Shown here piece by piece: positions 32,489-37,191 of a stretch of DNA of 37,191 bases. Origin of the DNA: a virus (lineage: Duplodnaviria > Caudoviricetes). The stretch is from the IMG/VR virus record IMGVR_UViG_3300017565_000015, positions 1 through 37,191 of that record; one strand, given 5' to 3'. Position 1 is the first letter of the stretch, and each line of letters begins with the position of its first letter. The notes below the pieces were generated by a model. It saw only the letters and a program-made list of their open reading frames with translations. It was not told where the DNA came from and did no database searches. The position numbers and the translations under genes are program-made.

Positions 32489-34656
32489 TGCCCCGCATCG
32501 ATTCCATCCAAACCAATTTCACGGCCGGCGAGATCTCTCCCAAGGTGCGCGGGCGCACCGATATCGCCCGGTATCAGAACGGCGCCGAGTCGCTGGAAAA
32601 CATGGTCGTCGATATCTACGGCGGCGCAGCGCGCGCGCCTGGTACCGAATACCTTGCCAAGAACGGGGTGACCGCGGAGCAGAGTCGCCTGATTCCCTTC
32701 GTGCTGAACCGGGACACCGCCTACCACCTGGAGTTCGGCAACGGGTTTATGCGCGTCTTCAAAGCGGGCGCCGGCCAGGTTCTTTCCGGTGGCGTGCCGT
32801 TCCAGATTGCCACGCCTTATTCGGCCCTACAGGTGAAGGATCTGCGCTGGGCCCAAGCCCCCAATGCCATGTTCTTCGCGCACCCCGCCTTCCCGATGCG
32901 CATGTTGCGTCGCCTGGCAGATGACAGCTGGGTGTTGTCGGCGGTGCCGTTTACCGTTCTTCCGTTCTCCGAAACCGGTGCGCGGTTCAATACCGCCTTG
33001 ACCCTCAGTGCCGCCACGGTGGGCACGGGCCGCACGATCACCGCTGGCAGCGCCGTTTTCATGGCGTCGGACGTGGGGCGCCGGGTCACCTACGAAACCG
33101 GCATCGCCATCATCACCGCGTTCGGATCGTCCACCAGCGTGACGGCGCAGATAACCTCCCAGTTTCCCAACACGGTTCTTCCGGCGCTGCAATGGGTGCT
33201 GGAAGACTCGCCGCAGACGACCTGCACTCCGAGCGTGAAAGGGACTGTTGGGCTGGCTATCACCTTGACGCTGACCGCCAACGGCTGGCGCGCCGAAGAC
33301 GTGGGCAAGTACGTGGGGATCAACCGGGGCCTGGTACTGATCACGGGCGTGACCAGCGCCACCGTGGCGACAGGCGTGGTCAAGGCAGACATGGATGCCG
33401 CCACCGCGGCCGAAGCCAGCGCCTGGACGCTGCAGGGGCCGGTCTGGGACGCCAACGAGGGCTATCCCACGGCGGTCACGATCAATCAGCAGCGCCTGGT
33501 CGCAGCGGGCACCAAGCGATATCCGAATGGGGTCTGGGGCAGCCGGAGCGGCGAATACTTCGATTTCACCCAGGGCGTCAACGACGCAGACGGGTTCTTC
33601 TATGCGCTGGACGGCGAAAGCAACGGCATCGAGCATCTGGCATCCGTCCGCGCGCTGATCGCCCTGACGCCGGGCACCGAATGGACGATGGTTGGCGGCG
33701 TGGAAAAGCCGCTGACGCCGACGAACGTAAACGCGAAGGACCAGACGGTCTATGGCTGCAGCAAGCCGCGGCCGGTGCGCGTCGGCGACGAACTGCTGTT
33801 CGTGCAGCGCGCCGGGCGCAAGGTGCGGGCCATGAGCTACCAGGCGGCATCTGACGCATACAGCGCGCCGAACATGACGACGCTGGCCGAACACATCACG
33901 GAATCTGGCGTGGTCGAGATGGCCTATCAGCAGGAGCCGGGATCGGTCCTGTGGTGCGTGCTGGCCAACGGAAAGCTGGCGGCCATGACCATCGATCGGG
34001 ACGAGGGCGTCATCGCCTGGACGCCGCACGACACCGATGGCTTCTACGAGTCGATCTCGTCGGCGCCGGCGGGGGCCACGGATGAGGTGCTGGTGGTGGT
34101 GCGTCGCGTGGTCAATGGCAGCACGGTGCGCTACATCGAGCGGCTGAACCCTTCCTACATGGTGCACAGCGGCATCGTGGGCACGAACCCTTCCGGCGCG
34201 CAGGTCTGGGGCGGCCTGAACCACCTGGAAGGCAAACAGGTGGACGTGCTGGCAGACGGTTCTCCCCAGGGGCAGATCCCTGTAGTGGGCGGGCAAATCA
34301 CGCTGCCGCGGGTGGCGAAATCCATTCAGGCGGGGCTGCGCGTGCGCCCGCGCGTCAAGCTGCTGCGCCCCGAGGTGCAGACCCAGACGGGGACCGCGCA
34401 AACCAGCCAGATGCGCGCGCACAAGCTAAACGTGCTGGTACTGAACACCATCGGCGCGACCATCAACGGCAAGGAAGTCCAGTTCCGCCAGTTCGGCCCG
34501 GACATCCTGGACAAGCCGCCCGAGCCCTTCTCTGGATGGAAAGGCGTCGCCGAGACCGGCTGGCTGGAGGGCGAGATGGACGTCGACATCACCCAGGAAC
34601 AGCCCCTACCTTTTCACGTACTGGCCATCGTGCGCCACTGGACGACCAACTCATGA
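32488..34656 (+). CDS. Tail tubular protein B/nozzle (T7 gp12-like)
   Basis: QTNFTAGEISP, GYPTAVTINQQRL, LFVQRAGRKVR, AWTPH. Confidence 0.88.
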   Translation: MPRIDSIQTNFTAGEISPKVRGRTDIARYQNGAESLENMVVDIYGGAARAPGTEYLAKNGVTAEQSRLIPFVLNRDTAYHLEFGNGFMRVFKAGAGQVLSGGVPFQIATPYSALQVKDLRWAQAPNAMFFAHPAFPMRMLRRLADDSWVLSAVPFTVLPFSETGARFNTALTLSAATVGTGRTITAGSAVFMASDVGRRVTYETGIAIITAFGSSTSVTAQITSQFPNTVLPALQWVLEDSPQTTCTPSVKGTVGLAITLTLTANGWRAEDVGKYVGINRGLVLITGVTSATVATGVVKADMDAATAAEASAWTLQGPVWDANEGYPTAVTINQQRLVAAGTKRYPNGVWGSRSGEYFDFTQGVNDADGFFYALDGESNGIEHLASVRALIALTPGTEWTMVGGVEKPLTPTNVNAKDQTVYGCSKPRPVRVGDELLFVQRAGRKVRAMSYQAASDAYSAPNMTTLAEHITESGVVEMAYQQEPGSVLWCVLANGKLAAMTIDRDEGVIAWTPHDTDGFYESISSAPAGATDEVLVVVRRVVNGSTVRYIERLNPSYMVHSGIVGTNPSGAQVWGGLNHLEGKQVDVLADGSPQGQIPVVGGQITLPRVAKSIQAGLRVRPRVKLLRPEVQTQTGTAQTSQMRAHKLNVLVLNTIGATINGKEVQFRQFGPDILDKPPEPFSGWKGVAETGWLEGEMDVDITQEQPLPFHVLAIVRHWTTNS

Positions 34657-35099
34657 TCAGACCCGCAACCCTTGCCGACGTCGAACGCCTGGCCGAGCTG
34701 GCGCGCGACTTCCACGCCGAGACCCGCTTCAGGGATTTGAACTTCAACCTGGACAAGGTGGTGGTGTTGTTCGCCGGCCTGGTGGAAGAAGAGAACGGCC
34801 TTCTACTGGCGGCTGAACGCGACGGCGACCTGATTGGGTTCGTCGCAGGCGGCATCGGCGAAGACTACTTCGGCGACGACCGCTTCTCTTTCGAATACGG
34901 CGTCTACGTGGCACCGGCGCACCGGGGATCGATGGCCGGCCCGCATCTGGCCCGTGAATTCCTGCGCTGGTCCGACGCGCGCGGCGCCCGCTACAAAAAC
35001 ATGGCGATCAGCACCGACATCACCACCGACCGCACTGGCGCGCTGTATGAGCGCCTGGGCGGTAAGAACGTGGGCAATCTCTATTCTTGGGGGCTGTAA
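34653..35099 (+). CDS. GNAT-fold acetyltransferase-like protein
   Basis: MIRPATLAD, YVAPAHRG, ALYERLG. Confidence 0.8.
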   Translation: MIRPATLADVERLAELARDFHAETRFRDLNFNLDKVVVLFAGLVEEENGLLLAAERDGDLIGFVAGGIGEDYFGDDRFSFEYGVYVAPAHRGSMAGPHLAREFLRWSDARGARYKNMAISTDITTDRTGALYERLGGKNVGNLYSWGL

Positions 35100-35560
35100 T
35101 GGCTTGGGCACCTTTGGTACTGGCCGCCGTGGGCGGCGTCATGTCGGCAAAAGGGCAGATGGATGCGGGCCGTGCCCAGCAGCAGGCTGCCAATTTCAGC
35201 GCAGAGCAGGATGAAATCGAGGCGGCGCAGACGCGTCAGGCGTATCGGGAGCAGGCCGAGAAGATCCGGCGCATCGGGCGGGCCCAGGCGTCCGAGGCCA
35301 AGGCAGCGTATGCAGCCTCCGGCGTGTCGATTGGTAGCGGTACGCCGGTCCTGATCAACGATCAGATCCAGAACGACACCGAGTCTGACGCCTATAACAC
35401 GATCCTGACCGGCAACCGCCGGGCCGACTCGCTTGAGGCCCAAGCCGCGATGTCCCGGCGGTCTGGCGCATCGATGGCGAAGGTTGGGCAGCGCGCGGCA
35501 ACCGGCAGCCTCTTGAGCACTGCCGGAAGCACCTACTCTGCTTGGAAGAAAAACCAATGA
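35099..35560 (+). CDS. Small internal virion protein (T7 gp14 position)
   Basis: Hydrophobic N-terminus; AAYAASGVSIGSGTP motif. Confidence 0.75.
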   Translation: MAWAPLVLAAVGGVMSAKGQMDAGRAQQQAANFSAEQDEIEAAQTRQAYREQAEKIRRIGRAQASEAKAAYAASGVSIGSGTPVLINDQIQNDTESDAYNTILTGNRRADSLEAQAAMSRRSGASMAKVGQRAATGSLLSTAGSTYSAWKKNQ

Positions 35561-37191
35561 AGATCCCCACCGGAAACCTTGGCAACGTCGTGGCCCAGCC
35601 CGTCCAGGCCATCAACGCGCCCGCTACTGCCTTCGGCGCGGCTGAAGCGCAGGCGGCGGTTCAAACCGGGCAGGCGCTGACCAGCATCGGGAACCAGATT
35701 GCCGACACCCAGAACGAGCTGAACCGCGTGAAGGCCATCCGTACCATGGCCGAGGCGAAGAACGGCCTCTACAACCTGGAAGACGAGCTGACGCGTGGCA
35801 TTGCAGACGGCACGGTACCGGCTGCCGAGGCCGCGGCGCGCTGGCAGGAGTTGGCGCCCAAGCAGCTGGAACAGAGCCTGAAGGGGATAAGCGGATCCCA
35901 CCGCGCCGTCGTGGATGCCCAGCTGGCCGAAACCACGGCGTCGCTCGGACGGCGCGTGGGCGATGCAGTGGTCAAGCGCAACCAGCAGGATATCGGCGGC
36001 GAGCTGGTGGCCCTGGGCGGGCAACTGGAGCGCGAGGCGGTGCGGGACCGGGCGGGCGCGAACGCCAAGTACGAGCAGGCCGTGCGCGCCATGGGCCCAC
36101 AGGCCGGATTGACGCCGGCGCAGATCGAAAAGGATGTGCTGCGCTTTAAGGAGAGTTCCGCCAACACCGTCGCGTACGAGCTGGTGAACGGGGCCAGGAA
36201 CAACGGCGCCGCGCTCAATGAGGTGGAACGGCGGCTGACGTCGGACGAGTTCAACGACCTTGACCCGCAGCGGCGCGCGGTGCTGCTGAACACCACGGCC
36301 GGCTACAAGACGGCGCTCGAGCAGCGTGCAGTCGCGGCGGCGCAGCGTGCCGAGATTCAGGCGGCCAAGCGAGACCGCCACGCCGCGGGCATCCTTGCCG
36401 AGGTGCAGCAGCTTTCCACGCAGGGCAAGAAGCTTGATCCGCAGTATCTGGCTGGCGCGGCCGCCGCTATGGCGGGCACGCCGTATGAGTCCGCATTCAA
36501 AGCCGCGGTGGATCAGGCGCCGGCCGGCACCGCGTTCGCCATGCAGCCCTTGCGCGATCAGCGCGAGATGCTGGACGGCCTGCTGGCCGAGGGCAACCGC
36601 GTCGGCTGGACGCCCACGCGCCAGGACTTCTACGACAAGGCGCAAAAATCCTACGAGACTTCCCAGCGCGAGTACAAGGAAGACCCGCTGCGCGCCGCGG
36701 TCGACCGGAACGTGCTGCCCGAGCTGGCGCCGCTGGACATGAGCGGCGGAATCGCCGGGATCACGCAGGGCGTGCAGGAGCGGCTGCAGCAAGCCCAGCA
36801 GGTCGAGGTTGTCGCCGGGCGCCCGGTGTCGCCTTTCACGTCAGACGAGGCGGTGCAGGTCGCCAGCGTGTTCAATGCTCTGCCGCCCGACCAGCGGGCC
36901 ACCAGCATCGCGGCCCTGTCCAAGGCGGTAGGCACGCGCACGATGTCGGCCATTGCCGCGCAGCTGGACAGCAAGGACCGCACCCTGGCCCTGGCGGCCG
37001 CACTGGGCGATCAGCAGCGCCCGAATGGCGGCCTGGTGTCGGAACAGGTGCTGCGCGGCGAGCAGGCCATCAAGGACAAGCGCATCGCCGAGGCGGACGT
37101 GAGCCGCTGGCGGTCTGAGATCGCGGCAGAGGTCCGGGGCGTCTTCGCCACGCCTGAGATGGAGAACGCCGTGATCGACTCGGCCGTGCGC
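35557..37191 (+). CDS. Internal virion (ejection) protein, continues across the origin to 486
   Basis: ATGA-coupled start MKIPTGNLG; in frame with the ORF at the window start; absent from the ORF track because it runs off the end. Confidence 0.8.
   Translation, partial: MKIPTGNLGNVVAQPVQAINAPATAFGAAEAQAAVQTGQALTSIGNQIADTQNELNRVKAIRTMAEAKNGLYNLEDELTRGIADGTVPAAEAAARWQELAPKQLEQSLKGISGSHRAVVDAQLAETTASLGRRVGDAVVKRNQQDIGGELVALGGQLEREAVRDRAGANAKYEQAVRAMGPQAGLTPAQIEKDVLRFKESSANTVAYELVNGARNNGAALNEVERRLTSDEFNDLDPQRRAVLLNTTAGYKTALEQRAVAAAQRAEIQAAKRDRHAAGILAEVQQLSTQGKKLDPQYLAGAAAAMAGTPYESAFKAAVDQAPAGTAFAMQPLRDQREMLDGLLAEGNRVGWTPTRQDFYDKAQKSYETSQREYKEDPLRAAVDRNVLPELAPLDMSGGIAGITQGVQERLQQAQQVEVVAGRPVSPFTSDEAVQVASVFNALPPDQRATSIAALSKAVGTRTMSAIAAQLDSKDRTLALAAALGDQQRPNGGLVSEQVLRGEQAIKDKRIAEADVSRWRSEIAAEVRGVFATPEMENAVIDSAVR
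37069..37191. repeat. 123-bp end overlap, identical to 1..123
   Basis: Exact match. Confidence 0.95.

Overview
The window is an apparently complete, circularly permuted genome (37,068 bp unique plus a 123-bp end overlap) of a high-GC temperate podophage. It has a T7-like head/tail module (portal, scaffold, capsid, tail tubular A/B, ejection proteins, T7 gp19-like terminase), a beta-helix tailspike, a lambda-R-type lysis cassette with embedded Rz1, and an int/attP/xis module with a tRNA 3'-end core. It also has a leftward early operon (RecE/RecT, C5 methyltransferase, HNH), a lambdoid cI/cro switch with operators, and a DUF1376/P-like replication module with iterons. The architecture resembles BPP-1/BcepC6B/epsilon15-type phages; a betaproteobacterial host (Achromobacter/Bordetella-like) is inference only. 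Highlights: (1) a two-frame, M.EcoHK31I-type split DNA methyltransferase whose 5' end was invaded by a free-standing HNH gene, leaving the old start as a remnant and supplying a synonymously recoded new one; (2) a three-copy palindrome plus fixed-distance -10 late-promoter element next to a small HTH gene; (3) a tail-fibre-like domain inserted in the terminase; (4) a tandem structured leader before the capsid gene. All calls come from reading the sequence; no database searches were run.
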